Shown here piece after piece: positions 7,693 to 18,633 of a stretch of DNA of 25,545 nucleotides; position 1 is the stretch's first letter; the number at the start of each line of letters is the position of its first letter. Position numbers and translations under genes: made by a program. The notes under the pieces are model-generated. The model did no database searches, was not told where the DNA came from, and was given only the letters and a program-made list of their open reading frames with translations. Source of the stretch: a virus (Duplodnaviria; Caudoviricetes); the IMG/VR virus record IMGVR_UViG_3300032318_001497, positions 1 through 25,545 of that record. One strand, given 5' to 3'.

Positions 7693-8967
7693 TTAAAAAT
7701 TAGTTTTTGCAATACCTGAAACTGCTGCTAAAGCATTTTCAAAATCTGTAATAGTAGTACTATCAACTATGTAGATATCTAACATACCTGGTTCAACTCT
7801 ACCTTGACCTTGAGCTGATTTATCAGAAACAGGGTTTTCGTAGTAAATTGAATATCCAATATATCCAGTACCTGGTACAGCATAAGTATCGTTTGGAAGA
7901 GGCATCCAGATACGGTTTTCTACTCCAATATCTCCTAATGCTTGCATTTCTTTTTTCAATACTTCATTGTAAGTACCTGAACCATAAACCATTGTAGTAG
8001 GTACAAACTCAGGTGTACCAGCTAATTGATCTAACAAAGGAATATTAATCATCATGTTTAATTTACCAGCAGCATAGTTGTTAGAACTAAAGTAACTACC
8101 TGTTACACTAATTTTTAAACCTGCTAATGAACTAGTACCAGGATAGTTAGCTGAAAGAATAGCTCCTAAAGCAACACTTGATGCTGAAGTTCCTACAAAC
8201 GGTCTAGTTAAAGTTACAGTAGTAGTACTTACATTAGCAATTTGATAAACAGGAGAAGTTGTAGCAGTAGCTGATCCAATTCTAATCCAATCTCCAGCAG
8301 CAATAGCAGTTGTACCACCAGCAGCAGAAGCCGATAAAGTTAAAATATTAGAATTGTTTACAACAGTTCCTGTAATGTTAGCAGGTGCAGATGTTACTAA
8401 TTGAACTGAAGTTAAATTAGACAATACATCAACTAAAGCAAATTGTCCACCATCAATTGTAGGTAATACAGATAATTGACTGTTTAAATCTGCAGCTAAT
8501 TGGTCAACTACCCAAACTGGATTGTTGTAAGCTAAAGTACCATTTCTTAAAGTATATTGAGCATATGCTTTTGGAAAAGGTGGAGCTAATGTAATTAAGT
8601 TTTCAATTTTAATACCGTAAGATACAGTTTGTGAACCAGAAGCAGCAAGAAAATTAATGTTGTTGCTACCAGAACCTTGGTAACCTACAATCATAACAGG
8701 TTGAACTGGTACAGTATAACCTTTTTTAGTTATACTTTTTACAGCACCTGCTTTAATAATAGGAGAAAGACGTGGATTTCTTCCAACAGGAACTCCTTGA
8801 CCGTAAAAAAACGGAATTGATCCTGCAGTGGTATAAGTAGCAGAAATAACTGCTGCAGTATTACCATTGTACAAACCTAAATCTCCATCTGAAAGAAGTG
8901 AGGGGTTTGCAGCTTGTGAACCTAAATTACTACTTGTAGTTTTGGTTACTAAAACATTTTTAGCCAT
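7693..8967 (-). CDS. Auxiliary capsid/structural protein (crAss-like)
   Basis: 424 aa. SPII..VKSI..GY..P.Q N-terminus, GSGTY.EV..E motif, third gene after the MCP, followed by a terminator. Confidence 0.65.
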   Translation of the reverse strand: MAKNVLVTKTTSSNLGSQAANPSLLSDGDLGLYNGNTAAVISATYTTAGSIPFFYGQGVPVGRNPRLSPIIKAGAVKSITKKGYTVPVQPVMIVGYQGSGSNNINFLAASGSQTVSYGIKIENLITLAPPFPKAYAQYTLRNGTLAYNNPVWVVDQLAADLNSQLSVLPTIDGGQFALVDVLSNLTSVQLVTSAPANITGTVVNNSNILTLSASAAGGTTAIAAGDWIRIGSATATTSPVYQIANVSTTTVTLTRPFVGTSASSVALGAILSANYPGTSSLAGLKISVTGSYFSSNNYAAGKLNMMINIPLLDQLAGTPEFVPTTMVYGSGTYNEVLKKEMQALGDIGVENRIWMPLPNDTYAVPGTGYIGYSIYYENPVSDKSAQGQGRVEPGMLDIYIVDSTTITDFENALAAVSGIAKTNF

Positions 8968-9003
8968 GTTTGATTTTTATTTATTTGTTATTAATTAAAA
9001 AAA

Positions 9004-10065
9004 TTACTCTGTTGTTAAAACTGTTTCTTTATGTGTCTGTGTTCTTGCAGCTTCAAATTCTTCTAAGAAATATTGAGCAGTCATGCTTATAATTTCCTGA
9101 TGAGTTGATACTGGTAAATCACAGCTTATATCAGCATAATAAGATACGGTTTTAGGTTTACGAATATAAGTCATTTCTATTTCACTTACAACAAAATTAT
9201 CTTTGTTGTATAAAGTGTAATATAAATCGTTTTCAAAGAAACTTAATGGAAAATCAAATGTAGTTGAGTTAAAAGGATCAGCTTGCATTGCATACACATT
9301 ATCATGTGTTACTGCACGGTCAGAAGATACATTTGGAGTTCCTTGTACTGCATAGTTCTTTTCAGTAATAGTAGTTAATGAACTTACATTTACTTCGGAA
9401 CTTCCATCATAATATTTAAATGTTCCTGAAGTAGTTGTAACAAATAAAATATGATTTTTTTTAGAATAAGTTAAAAAGTTTTCAAAAAATACAATATTAG
9501 AAGTTTTATAATAAGCTACTGTTTCATCTAACACTATATCTTTAAAAGTATCAAAATCAGCTGTAGTATAACCACCTAACCCTGAATTTTCTAAAAATAT
9601 TTTATTACCTGATGGTTCTTTAATATAAAAAGTACTATAATTAGTTATAGCAGATAAATCAAATCCATAAACATAGTAAGTTATATCACTTTGTGTTGGA
9701 GCAAAAGATGTAGCACAACCTTTAGTAGAGGTTTTAACTCTAGTTGCAACTTTAAATCTGTAGTCTTCAGGAAGTACAAATAAAACACGTTGATCATAAC
9801 TAAAAGAGTTTTGGAAGGTATTTCCTAATATAGCAGGTCCTTTCATAACTCTAACAAGAGATTTGAGATCATCAGTTCTTTTCTGAGATTGCTCAAATCC
9901 TTCTTGTTTACGGTTAGATTTATTATCATACCTCTGGTTAACAAACATTTCAATATTTTTATTGAATGCCATGTCTATCTCTTGAGGTAAAAGCACGTCA
10001 TACAGGGCTGAATTAATTTTATTCAGCTCCTGTTGTAGTGCAATGTGCCATTCTTTAATCAGCAT
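9004..10065 (-). CDS. Conserved crAss ring/neck protein
   Basis: PQEID..FN, GFEQSQKRTDDLKSLV, YIRKP and CDLP..THQEI motifs; second gene after the MCP. Confidence 0.8.
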   Translation of the reverse strand: MLIKEWHIALQQELNKINSALYDVLLPQEIDMAFNKNIEMFVNQRYDNKSNRKQEGFEQSQKRTDDLKSLVRVMKGPAILGNTFQNSFSYDQRVLFVLPEDYRFKVATRVKTSTKGCATSFAPTQSDITYYVYGFDLSAITNYSTFYIKEPSGNKIFLENSGLGGYTTADFDTFKDIVLDETVAYYKTSNIVFFENFLTYSKKNHILFVTTTSGTFKYYDGSSEVNVSSLTTITEKNYAVQGTPNVSSDRAVTHDNVYAMQADPFNSTTFDFPLSFFENDLYYTLYNKDNFVVSEIEMTYIRKPKTVSYYADISCDLPVSTHQEIISMTAQYFLEEFEAARTQTHKETVLTTE

Positions 10066-10930
10066 TTTCTGTTACTGTTTTTTTAGTTTTTTTAACCTTA
10101 TATCCTAAAGCCTCTAATTTAGCTTTAAGTTTTACATATTCAGTCTGATTCTTAGCAGATTTGAAATAAGCAACTGCTTCATCCAATGAATCTCCTAATG
10201 GTTCAGTACCGTGTATGAATCTATTACCAGATTTAGTTAACACAGCATAATCTACCATTGATAAGATTTCGGCTTTAAGCTCCAAATCTTTATCAGTAGC
10301 CAAAGCAACAAATGCTTTTGGATAAGTAGTTACCATTTTGTCAAGAACTAAATCTTTATCTTCTTTAGATAAACTAGAATACTTGCTTGTTTTTTCACCT
10401 TCTCTTTGTGCAAAAACTTGAAGTACCCAATCAACTAAAGCCTCATTTTCTTTAACTTTAAAGTACTCTTTTTGAGCTGTTTCTTTCTCTTTAAGAGATT
10501 TAATTTTCTTATCTTTTTCTTCTTCTTCATCATTAATAAAAAATGTGTAGAATTGATCAGATAATAATTGTTGTTTACTATTTGCTACTCTCTTATCAAC
10601 TAAAGCACGTCTGTAAACTAAATAATCAATTGGAACTTCTGGCATACCAGAATTTTCACTTGTTGATATATTAAGTCTTAAACCTTCTTTAGTAACAGGT
10701 TTTGACAAATTGTTATACCAGGTATTTACTTTGTTAGCAAATTCTGGATGTGTTGGTGGAACTCCTACAATAGAAGGAAGAAACTTTTCTTCTTCTTCAA
10801 TTGAAATTCCTTTAAGTGGGATACCACTTGACGTAATACCTGAACTTAATTTTAATACGGCTTGGTCTTTAATTTCCTGTGGAAGTCTAGCAGCCGATTC
10901 TCTTCTGTAAATTGTTACGAATTTTTTCAT
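10055..10930 (-). CDS. Conserved crAss protein downstream of the MCP
   Basis: EEEKFLPSIVG..P, P..PIDYLVYR and LGDSLDEAVAYFK..KNQ motifs. Confidence 0.75.
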   Translation of the reverse strand: MKKFVTIYRRESAARLPQEIKDQAVLKLSSGITSSGIPLKGISIEEEEKFLPSIVGVPPTHPEFANKVNTWYNNLSKPVTKEGLRLNISTSENSGMPEVPIDYLVYRRALVDKRVANSKQQLLSDQFYTFFINDEEEEKDKKIKSLKEKETAQKEYFKVKENEALVDWVLQVFAQREGEKTSKYSSLSKEDKDLVLDKMVTTYPKAFVALATDKDLELKAEILSMVDYAVLTKSGNRFIHGTEPLGDSLDEAVAYFKSAKNQTEYVKLKAKLEALGYKVKKTKKTVTENAD

Positions 10931-10953
10931 TTTGTCTTTATTTCTTTTTATTT

Positions 10954-10983
10954 AAAAAAGTAGGGGGTATTTCTCCCCCTACT
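10954..10983 (-). terminator. Intrinsic terminator after the MCP
   Basis: Minus strand GTAGGGGG-AGAAATA-CCCCCTAC-T6. Confidence 0.85.
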
Positions 10984-10997
10984 ATTATTTTTATTGA

Positions 10998-12431
10998 TTA
11001 GCTCAAGTTACACTGCAAATCAATTGAAGTATTGAATCTTCTAAGTACGATACCTGAAGCTTTCAATAAATGGATGCTAGAAGCATCTTTATCTGAAGCA
11101 CGGAAATCATTACCTTTGAAATCTGCTGGAAGTTCGTTGATACCAGCTACAACACGTCTGATCATTGCACGACCTTTTTTGTTAACCATGATCAAGTTAG
11201 GTTTACCATTGTAAGTTGAAGTATCAACAAATACCATACGGTAAGATTCTAACGGAAGACCAGTAATTGGATGTTTAGCAGAAGCTAAAGCTTTAGGTCC
11301 ATCATCAAATAAGTTAACACGTTTGATAGTGATAGTATGACCATCAATATGTTGGTAAGTAGTGAAGAAACCACTTAACTCTAAGTTTCTACCTGTACCG
11401 TAAACGAATTTACCAGCATCAAGTTTGATATAAGTTCTAGCAGCTAAATCATCTTTCATAGCATTGTCAAACTCTTCACATCCACCTACACCTGTAAACA
11501 AAGTGATAGATTTTTTAGAAGCATCAGACATACCATATAAAGCATCCCTTACTACTTGCTTAACTTTTTGAGTAGTCAAAATACCGTAAGTATCTTTGTT
11601 AGTGATTTGCTCTAACAAACCATCTCCGATAGGAATAGCAACACCATTCTTATCTTTTAATGTGATAATACCACGATCGTCACGGTTATCTTTACCGTAC
11701 CAATACAACATTTCACACTCTAATTTGAAGTGAATCATATGTTGATACTCTTCAAAATCCCACCAGTAGTTAGAAGTTCCTTTGTCAGTTTGTACTTGCA
11801 TAGTCATAGTTCTTTCTACAGCATTACCTTCCCAAGCAAAAGACTTACGGATAGTAGTGATTTGACCTCTTACTAAACCAGGAGCAGCTGCAAAAGACTC
11901 ATTACCAGTAGAACCATAAGAAGCAACTGGAGCAAATGCTTGTGAGAACAAGTTACCAGCAACTAATTCAGTAGCAGGTACAAATTCAGAAGCATTAGTA
12001 GCATTCAATACAAAAGTATATTCCCAGTTAGTTCCTCTTTGCATTGGATCTTCAGTTACACGGATTTGATAACCTTTTGGAGTGAACACAATGTAATCTC
12101 TAGCAAAACGTCTTTCAGAGAAAACTAATTTAAATGGAGTGAAACCAATACCAGCTTGTGTACCTGCAGCAATAGATTCAGCTAACATTACTGGAGAATA
12201 GAGACGGCCGATGATGCTGTACTCATACTCATTACCTTCGATTTCCATAGTATTTTGCATACCTTCAGTTAAGAATGAAAGAGGGAATCTCTCGTCTTCT
12301 TGACCCATAAGATAAGTTAATACTGGAGTTAATTTTTCAGGCTTCAACAACAGTTGACGTTGCAACGAGTTGTCGTTTGTTTTGCCTTGTTCATTCCAGA
12401 TTACATCTGGTGTGAGTTTAAAAATTGCCAT
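10998..12431 (-). CDS. Major capsid protein (crAss-like)
   Basis: 477 aa with IPIGDGLLEQI, LFTG.GG..EFD, GFFTTYQHIDGH and HPITGLPLESYRMVF motifs; follows portal and scaffold. Confidence 0.92.
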   Translation of the reverse strand: MAIFKLTPDVIWNEQGKTNDNSLQRQLLLKPEKLTPVLTYLMGQEDERFPLSFLTEGMQNTMEIEGNEYEYSIIGRLYSPVMLAESIAAGTQAGIGFTPFKLVFSERRFARDYIVFTPKGYQIRVTEDPMQRGTNWEYTFVLNATNASEFVPATELVAGNLFSQAFAPVASYGSTGNESFAAAPGLVRGQITTIRKSFAWEGNAVERTMTMQVQTDKGTSNYWWDFEEYQHMIHFKLECEMLYWYGKDNRDDRGIITLKDKNGVAIPIGDGLLEQITNKDTYGILTTQKVKQVVRDALYGMSDASKKSITLFTGVGGCEEFDNAMKDDLAARTYIKLDAGKFVYGTGRNLELSGFFTTYQHIDGHTITIKRVNLFDDGPKALASAKHPITGLPLESYRMVFVDTSTYNGKPNLIMVNKKGRAMIRRVVAGINELPADFKGNDFRASDKDASSIHLLKASGIVLRRFNTSIDLQCNLS

Positions 12432-12457
12432 ATTTGTTTTTTTTATTTAAAGTTTAA

Positions 12458-13576
12458 TTACTTTTTTGCAAACGATACTTGTCCATCATCCCAATCATTG
12501 TCATAACTGTTTGATCTAGGGTCGGACGATTTCATCTTAGCAGCACCAGCTTTAAGTTTATTTCTTAAATTAGATACTGTTTTTGTCGTTGCTGCTTGAT
12601 TAATATACTTATCTAATTTAAAGTCATTCTTTAATAAAATAGATAACTGTATTCTGCCTTCTGGAGTTGCCCATAATTCGTTTAACTTATTAAGTGCATC
12701 TCCTTTAGCAATATAATCAAACGTAGCTTTTCTTTCGGAAACTGGAATATTAAAATTACCTACTTTTCCACTTTCAAGCGTCTGTCTTAAATTACTATAA
12801 TAGTTCTCAGATTGCTTTCTTCTTGCAGCAGCTTCTTGTTTTTGCTGTTGTAAAATTCTAGCTGATTCCTGTTCTTGAGCTTTTGCTAATAATGAAGCAG
12901 CTTCTTCAGCTTCTTCTTCTAACATACCAGCAATTTCAAACTTATCAAGTTTTCTGCTAATCTGCTCATCACTAAATCCATTGTATCTATAAAATGTTCT
13001 TAACACAGACTTCTGTGTATTCTCATCTTTTAGATCAATTGCATTGTAGTCAAGTTCAGGACTCTTACCTTTAAAAAACTCCTCAATAATTTGTTCTTGT
13101 TCATCTTCAGGTAAATCTGATACTAAATTAACTAAGTCAAATAACTCTCCTGCTTTAGGGTGTACATTACTGAAATAATTGTTAACTATTTCTTGTGCAC
13201 CTACTTCTTGTTGTTTTTGGATGAATTGCACTAACCCTTCTTCAGAGTCTTCGTATTCTTCATCTTCACCAAACTCATAACCTAATTTAGAAGCTAATGA
13301 TAAAATTAATCCATCATCATCTGCTTCTGGTTCATCGTCTTCTTTAGTTTCAGGAGCAGCTTTACCTTTAGGTTTAACTGGTTCTTCCTCTTCTTCTTCC
13401 TCTTGTTCTTCTTCCTTCTTAATAGGAGGTTCATCATCAACAAGAGCTGCTTTTGCAGGTCGTCCTTTTTTTACTGGTTCTTTTTCTTCCGAACCTTCTG
13501 GTTTAGGATCCAGGTTGTCTACAATGGGTGATCCCTCTAAGAAATCATCTCCAAAATCGATTCCGTCTTTTGTCAT
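12458..13576 (-). CDS. Putative scaffolding/assembly protein
   Basis: Highly acidic disordered N-terminus with a coiled-coil region; between portal and MCP. Confidence 0.65.
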   Translation of the reverse strand: MTKDGIDFGDDFLEGSPIVDNLDPKPEGSEEKEPVKKGRPAKAALVDDEPPIKKEEEQEEEEEEEPVKPKGKAAPETKEDDEPEADDDGLILSLASKLGYEFGEDEEYEDSEEGLVQFIQKQQEVGAQEIVNNYFSNVHPKAGELFDLVNLVSDLPEDEQEQIIEEFFKGKSPELDYNAIDLKDENTQKSVLRTFYRYNGFSDEQISRKLDKFEIAGMLEEEAEEAASLLAKAQEQESARILQQQKQEAAARRKQSENYYSNLRQTLESGKVGNFNIPVSERKATFDYIAKGDALNKLNELWATPEGRIQLSILLKNDFKLDKYINQAATTKTVSNLRNKLKAGAAKMKSSDPRSNSYDNDWDDGQVSFAKK

Positions 13577-13583
13577 GTCTATT

Positions 13584-13591
13584 CAAAATTA
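13584..13591 (-). promoter_or_regulatory. -7 element TAATTTTG
   Basis: TAnnTTTG match, intergenic, 7 nt before the scaffold ATG; the AT-rich context weakens it. Confidence 0.4.
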
Positions 13592-13652
13592 AAATTAAAT
13601 TTTTAAATTATTTTATTTTTTCTTTATTTTCTTTTTGTCATATTATTATATA

Positions 13653-15986
13653 TCACTTGTTCGTCTTACTTTTATTCCTAGATGCTATTTCTTTTTCTTT
13701 AATAGCTACCTCTTTATCTTTCATAAGACGTTCATGTGCCATACGTTTATCATCATTATACTGATTAGCTTCCATTTCTTTTTCCTTCAAAGCTGTCTGT
13801 GTTTGAAGTTTACTTTGTTCTAATGCAAGTTTAGTCTGTTGCATAATTTGTGATGCATTTTCTCCTTCATCAATACCTAAAGCTGTAAGTTCAGTTCTAC
13901 GTAATTCCCATTCACCTTTTCTATCTATTAACTCTAGATCAAATTGATGCTTTTGTTGCAACTGTTGGTTTTGCATCTCCATTTGTTTTTGCATACCTTC
14001 TTGCTTCATTTGTTCCATATGTTGAGAAGCTTCTTGTGCTTTTGCTTCAGCTTTACGAAGAGCATCTTTAATTTCAACAAATGATTCTTGTTCTATAATC
14101 TCAGCTAAAGTAGAACCAGGAGTTCCATTCTGAGCCATGGCCTGTGCTAACTGTTGTAACTTTTGAATCTTCTGTGCATCTTTAGTTGAGTTAGACATAA
14201 ATATACCTAATTCAGCTTCTGAATATTCATGTGGATCAATGTCTAAATAAACAGTGTGTCCGTATTCAGGATGTACAAATGCAGTTTTCTTACCGTCAAT
14301 CCATGCAAGTCTAGAGTAGTCAAGTAGTGCTTGATATTCTCTTTCTTTAAATTGATCAAATAATCTAAAGTACATTTCTGTAACAAGTGAAGATTGAACT
14401 ACAGCTCTTTCTACACCACCTACAGTTTCAGAAGAAGAGATAGTACCTTCTCTTTGTTTAGAAATACCACATACTTCATCCCACTCATTTTTAATATAAG
14501 CTAAAAGATCCATGTAAGACTTAATAGTATCAGAAGCTAATCTGATAGCAGTTTGATGCTGTGCATTAAATCTTACACCTTCTTTATTATAATCAACAAA
14601 ACCTATACCTGTTAAATCTAGATAGTCCATCCATTTATCTGTAGACCATCCTTTAGGGATAATGTTTACATCTAATAGAGACATTTGGTCTTTCATTTTA
14701 GCAATAGCTAATTCCATACGGAAATGAATACCATTATATAATACTTGGAAAGGCACACCTAACGAAACAAGAGATACGTTCTTAGAATTTCTGTTAGACA
14801 TAACTCTACCATTATATGGAGCTTTACATTTAGAACCGTTATCTAAAGAACCTCTTTGTACAGGACAAGGACGGATTTTCTTATAATATTTATTGTTAAT
14901 TCTATATCCTTCCCAGAATTCATTTTCCCAATGCCATTCAAGTTCTTGATCTGGTGTTGGTTTATAATCTTCTGTTACGTCAATCATTTGTTCTTGACCA
15001 AATTCATCCATGAATTTTACAATACCAACTTTTTTTCTAGATTTCCATACTACATGTATTACCTCTAAAAGTCTACCGTAAGATTTAAATGGTTGTTGAC
15101 GATCTTGAATCTGAGCAAATGGAATAAACCACTCAGAATTTATAGGTGCAGATTTTTCTAAGTCAGCAATTTCATCTCCTGTTAAAGGATCGTCACCTTG
15201 AAAATAATCTACAATACCAGATACAGTCATGTATTTTCTTCTGCAAATCCAATCTGCATCTTCAACAAACTGAATATCAGGATCTTTATCAAAATCCATA
15301 TCTAATGGATTAACTGCTTCGTAAACTACTTCATTAGCTATTACGTCTCTAAAAGAATATAATTCTCCAGCAACTAAAGCATCATGAAAAAGAATATCAA
15401 ACTTTTCTTCGAGTCTACAATATTTCTTTAAAAAGTCTAAAGCATTTTGACCTAAGATAGCACGTTTGTCTCTGTATTTAGAATCAAATTCTCTTGCTAC
15501 GTATTCAGGAGTTTGAACTTCTTGTGAAGGTACACCTGTGTTAACACCTTGAGCATTAAGTTCGTTAATAAACATTTGCTCTAAGGTCTCTTTGATCTTA
15601 GCATTACGTTCTTCAAGTTTAGTATTAACAACGTCATCGTTAGTTACTACTACTGTAAAGTTATCAAGTCTTTTAGCAAATTCACCTCTAAGTAAGTCAA
15701 TCTTTGGTTTAATGATAGGATAGTTCTTTACAAAATTAGGAGAACCTGTTCTGGTTACACCATAAGGAGCTAAGAAAGACTCATAGTCCTTGTTGTCAAT
15801 GACACCGTTATAGTAATCGTACAACTTTTTAAGATAGACCTTGTAAGAAGAATTAGAGAAAGATGCTAATGAAATAAAAGCTCTAATGCACGTTTTACCC
15901 CATTGATTATCTTCCTTAATCTTATCTTTATAAGGTATAGTCTGTATCGGTATATTAAAAAAACCAGTTGATTTAACGTCTTCCAT
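13653..15986 (-). CDS. Portal protein
   Basis: ~777 aa from ATG 15986. NYPIIKPKIDLLRGE, WEGYRI, CGISKQREG.I..SETVGGVERAV motifs; Q-rich coiled-coil C-terminus. Confidence 0.92.
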   Translation of the reverse strand: MEDVKSTGFFNIPIQTIPYKDKIKEDNQWGKTCIRAFISLASFSNSSYKVYLKKLYDYYNGVIDNKDYESFLAPYGVTRTGSPNFVKNYPIIKPKIDLLRGEFAKRLDNFTVVVTNDDVVNTKLEERNAKIKETLEQMFINELNAQGVNTGVPSQEVQTPEYVAREFDSKYRDKRAILGQNALDFLKKYCRLEEKFDILFHDALVAGELYSFRDVIANEVVYEAVNPLDMDFDKDPDIQFVEDADWICRRKYMTVSGIVDYFQGDDPLTGDEIADLEKSAPINSEWFIPFAQIQDRQQPFKSYGRLLEVIHVVWKSRKKVGIVKFMDEFGQEQMIDVTEDYKPTPDQELEWHWENEFWEGYRINNKYYKKIRPCPVQRGSLDNGSKCKAPYNGRVMSNRNSKNVSLVSLGVPFQVLYNGIHFRMELAIAKMKDQMSLLDVNIIPKGWSTDKWMDYLDLTGIGFVDYNKEGVRFNAQHQTAIRLASDTIKSYMDLLAYIKNEWDEVCGISKQREGTISSSETVGGVERAVVQSSLVTEMYFRLFDQFKEREYQALLDYSRLAWIDGKKTAFVHPEYGHTVYLDIDPHEYSEAELGIFMSNSTKDAQKIQKLQQLAQAMAQNGTPGSTLAEIIEQESFVEIKDALRKAEAKAQEASQHMEQMKQEGMQKQMEMQNQQLQQKHQFDLELIDRKGEWELRRTELTALGIDEGENASQIMQQTKLALEQSKLQTQTALKEKEMEANQYNDDKRMAHERLMKDKEVAIKEKEIASRNKSKTNK

Positions 15987-15997
15987 GTTATGCAAAT

Positions 15998-18031
15998 TTA
16001 ATAATTAGAATCGAAATTACCTAATGAATGAAATCTGTTGAAAAAAGGATCGGCTTCGTAAACATAATTTGGTTTATCAATTGCTTTGTTTTCTATCTGT
16101 TTCTGATAGAACATTGCAATAAGTAAAGCTGACACCCTATCAAAGTTACCTTCATAGTCAAATTTTAACAATTCTTCCAACAAAGGTACGGAATAAATCA
16201 TATTAAGATTTAATTTATGATTACCTTTTGCGTCAATTCCTCTTTTTGATAACAACCAATCCCTGAGATAGATAGTTCCCTGTTGCTTCTTTTTAAGATT
16301 AGACATTGACATACCATAACTCCTTCCTAATGAGTTAGATACCTTTTCACCTTTATCATAGATATCAGACTCATCTTGAAGTAAATGCAGAACCTTGTTT
16401 GACCTAGCATATTGAATAACATTACCTCGGTCATTCTCAAAACCTATCTTAGCATTATAGTATTTAGCAATCATAAACATGATTCTGTTATACTCATCTT
16501 GACCTGCTTTTGGTCGGCCAATGTATTCAGCTACAATACAGTCATCAGGTTGAGATAGGTTATTAACCTGTTTTAATACATAAAGTGCACCTAAAGATTC
16601 ACCTTTATCTGAGTCTATACCGTATGGGTCATGACCTATGTAATATAGATTATCAGGAATTTTACCATTATCATAATACGGTCTTTGGTATTGCACAAAA
16701 CAACCTTCTCTGTCAGAGTCTTTTTTAATAGGAAATGAATCTATGGGCTTTGCATCCTCAGATGGAGTAAAAACTATGGTGTTATTTTCTTCTGAAAGTA
16801 TTCCACATACACCAAGTGAAGAGTCTATTTTAGAGGACTTTATGTAATTAATTTGTGCTTGAAGTTCAGCTTTAGGAAAAATATTAGATGAGGTCTTAAT
16901 AAAAGCCTCTTTAGGTGTCCTAGGAAATTCAGCTAAGAACTTATCTACTGAGGTTGAGTCCTTAGATGTTCTTTTAAGTTTTTCTATTTCACCTTCAATG
17001 TGTAGCTTAGCTTCTTCTATCTGAGATTCTCCTTTTTGGGTTATAAACCCACCTTTAGAATAATAGTCAGGTAAAAAGTAACCTATTGACGTCAACTCCA
17101 TACCATCTTCCCAAATATTCTGATAACATCTAAAGTTATAAGGCTCAGGGTTATAGAACATCTCATCAAAATCTACGATACCACCAGAAAAGTCACCTCC
17201 AGTACCAAACACAAATATCTGACCTGATACACCCATACCTTCTTCCACGGTAGGACGGGTTGCATTATAGGTAGCTTTTAGATTAGAAAAAGAACCTGCT
17301 TCTTCAAATAAAATTACGTTAGCATCTTTACCCCTAGCTACAGATGGATTGTTTTTAGCCGTCATAGCTAAAATCTTACTCATGTAACCAGACCTAGTTT
17401 TAGTACCATCAGCCATAATTTCTTCGTAACCAGCAAGTACCTCTTCTCTAGGTTTATTAATTAACCTATTTTTACCAAAGTCTGTATATTTCATTAAGAA
17501 ATCCAGGTACGACACAGCCATACCCATAGTTTCTTCCGAGTAATCAGATGATTCAGCTATAATTAAAGATGTAGATTTACGGTAAAACGTATAGTTATAA
17601 GCACATTTAGCAGCATTCTTGTAAGAATAACCTCTACGTCTTGGTTTTAACACGATCATATGTTGACCTTGTTCTTTAGCCTTCTCACATTCTACAAAGT
17701 AATACCAGTCTGAATCCCAGAAATCAGGGAAGGTAACTAACTTTTCTACTTTCTTTTTACTCTTAATAGCTTCTGAACCAAATCCAATCTTTAATTGTAT
17801 CTGGCAAAAGTTTAAATAAAAGTAATGTTCACCTGTAATACGTACTCCACCTACGGAATAGCCGTTTTTACAATAATATTCTTGTTCATCCCAATACTTA
17901 ACCCAATCATATGAGTGTTTAGGAGCATCTATGTAGAATCCTGTACCTGTACTTTTAAAGTTCTTTAACCATTCTAAAGCAGGTCTACGGAATTCATCTA
18001 TATTTACGTAAGTTAAATCTAAATCAAACAT
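15998..18031 (-). CDS. terL: Terminase large subunit
   Basis: ITGEHYFYLNF, Walker A-like LKPRRRGYSY, Walker B ILFEEAG, FGTGG, nuclease GHDPY and NFDRVSA motifs. Confidence 0.95.
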   Translation of the reverse strand: MFDLDLTYVNIDEFRRPALEWLKNFKSTGTGFYIDAPKHSYDWVKYWDEQEYYCKNGYSVGGVRITGEHYFYLNFCQIQLKIGFGSEAIKSKKKVEKLVTFPDFWDSDWYYFVECEKAKEQGQHMIVLKPRRRGYSYKNAAKCAYNYTFYRKSTSLIIAESSDYSEETMGMAVSYLDFLMKYTDFGKNRLINKPREEVLAGYEEIMADGTKTRSGYMSKILAMTAKNNPSVARGKDANVILFEEAGSFSNLKATYNATRPTVEEGMGVSGQIFVFGTGGDFSGGIVDFDEMFYNPEPYNFRCYQNIWEDGMELTSIGYFLPDYYSKGGFITQKGESQIEEAKLHIEGEIEKLKRTSKDSTSVDKFLAEFPRTPKEAFIKTSSNIFPKAELQAQINYIKSSKIDSSLGVCGILSEENNTIVFTPSEDAKPIDSFPIKKDSDREGCFVQYQRPYYDNGKIPDNLYYIGHDPYGIDSDKGESLGALYVLKQVNNLSQPDDCIVAEYIGRPKAGQDEYNRIMFMIAKYYNAKIGFENDRGNVIQYARSNKVLHLLQDESDIYDKGEKVSNSLGRSYGMSMSNLKKKQQGTIYLRDWLLSKRGIDAKGNHKLNLNMIYSVPLLEELLKFDYEGNFDRVSALLIAMFYQKQIENKAIDKPNYVYEADPFFNRFHSLGNFDSNY

Positions 18032-18633
18032 TATCTTTCCCTTTCAGATATTTCTATATTCCCTTTAGCTTTCGAATTATTCTGTTTTTCGTTCTTAATC
18101 TTCTGTTCTAGCCCTTCAAGCTCTTTTAACATTTGTGGTACTCTTTTACCTACATCCATTAACGCATTAATATCATCTACCGTTAATTGAACACCTGTTT
18201 TTACAGCATTACCCATTTTAATATATGGTTGCTTATGTGTATTATTAGCTAAATTTTCTTCTAACTGTTCAATAAGGGCTTTAATGATCTTGTCTGTCTT
18301 GTGAATAGTCTCGTTTAACGTTACTACTAATTTCTCAGATGGTTTAATAGTTATTCTCTTATAAGTCTCTATGCATTCTGTAATCTCAGCATCTGGTTTC
18401 CATTTAGGATCCTGGAATATATCATTGACTAAATGTCCATGACGTTCTTTATCTGGAAAATTAGCATACTTTGAATTGTTATCCGCCATGTTAAAAATAT
18501 AACATAGCTCTTTTTTACAAGTCTTTTTATACTTGTCTTTATCTCTTACGATTATTTTTCTAAAACATTCAATGTCTCTAATTTCTGGTGCTGGTTCTGC
18601 TTCTAAATTTTGATTTAAAATTAATATCTTCAT
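18031..18633 (-). CDS. Conserved protein upstream of TerL (possible small terminase subunit)
   Basis: RDKDKYK..KELCYI, WKPD motif, helical C-terminus; 1-nt overlap with terL. Confidence 0.5.
   Translation of the reverse strand: MKILILNQNLEAEPAPEIRDIECFRKIIVRDKDKYKKTCKKELCYIFNMADNNSKYANFPDKERHGHLVNDIFQDPKWKPDAEITECIETYKRITIKPSEKLVVTLNETIHKTDKIIKALIEQLEENLANNTHKQPYIKMGNAVKTGVQLTVDDINALMDVGKRVPQMLKELEGLEQKIKNEKQNNSKAKGNIEISERER

Noticed and set aside
13624-13641. Minigene MTKRK between portal and scaffold
   Set aside because: Too short to distinguish from chance in AT-rich DNA.
10998-18031. Introns or inteins in terL, portal or MCP
   Set aside because: The ORFs are continuous, of ordinary length, and show no splicing or homing-endonuclease motifs.
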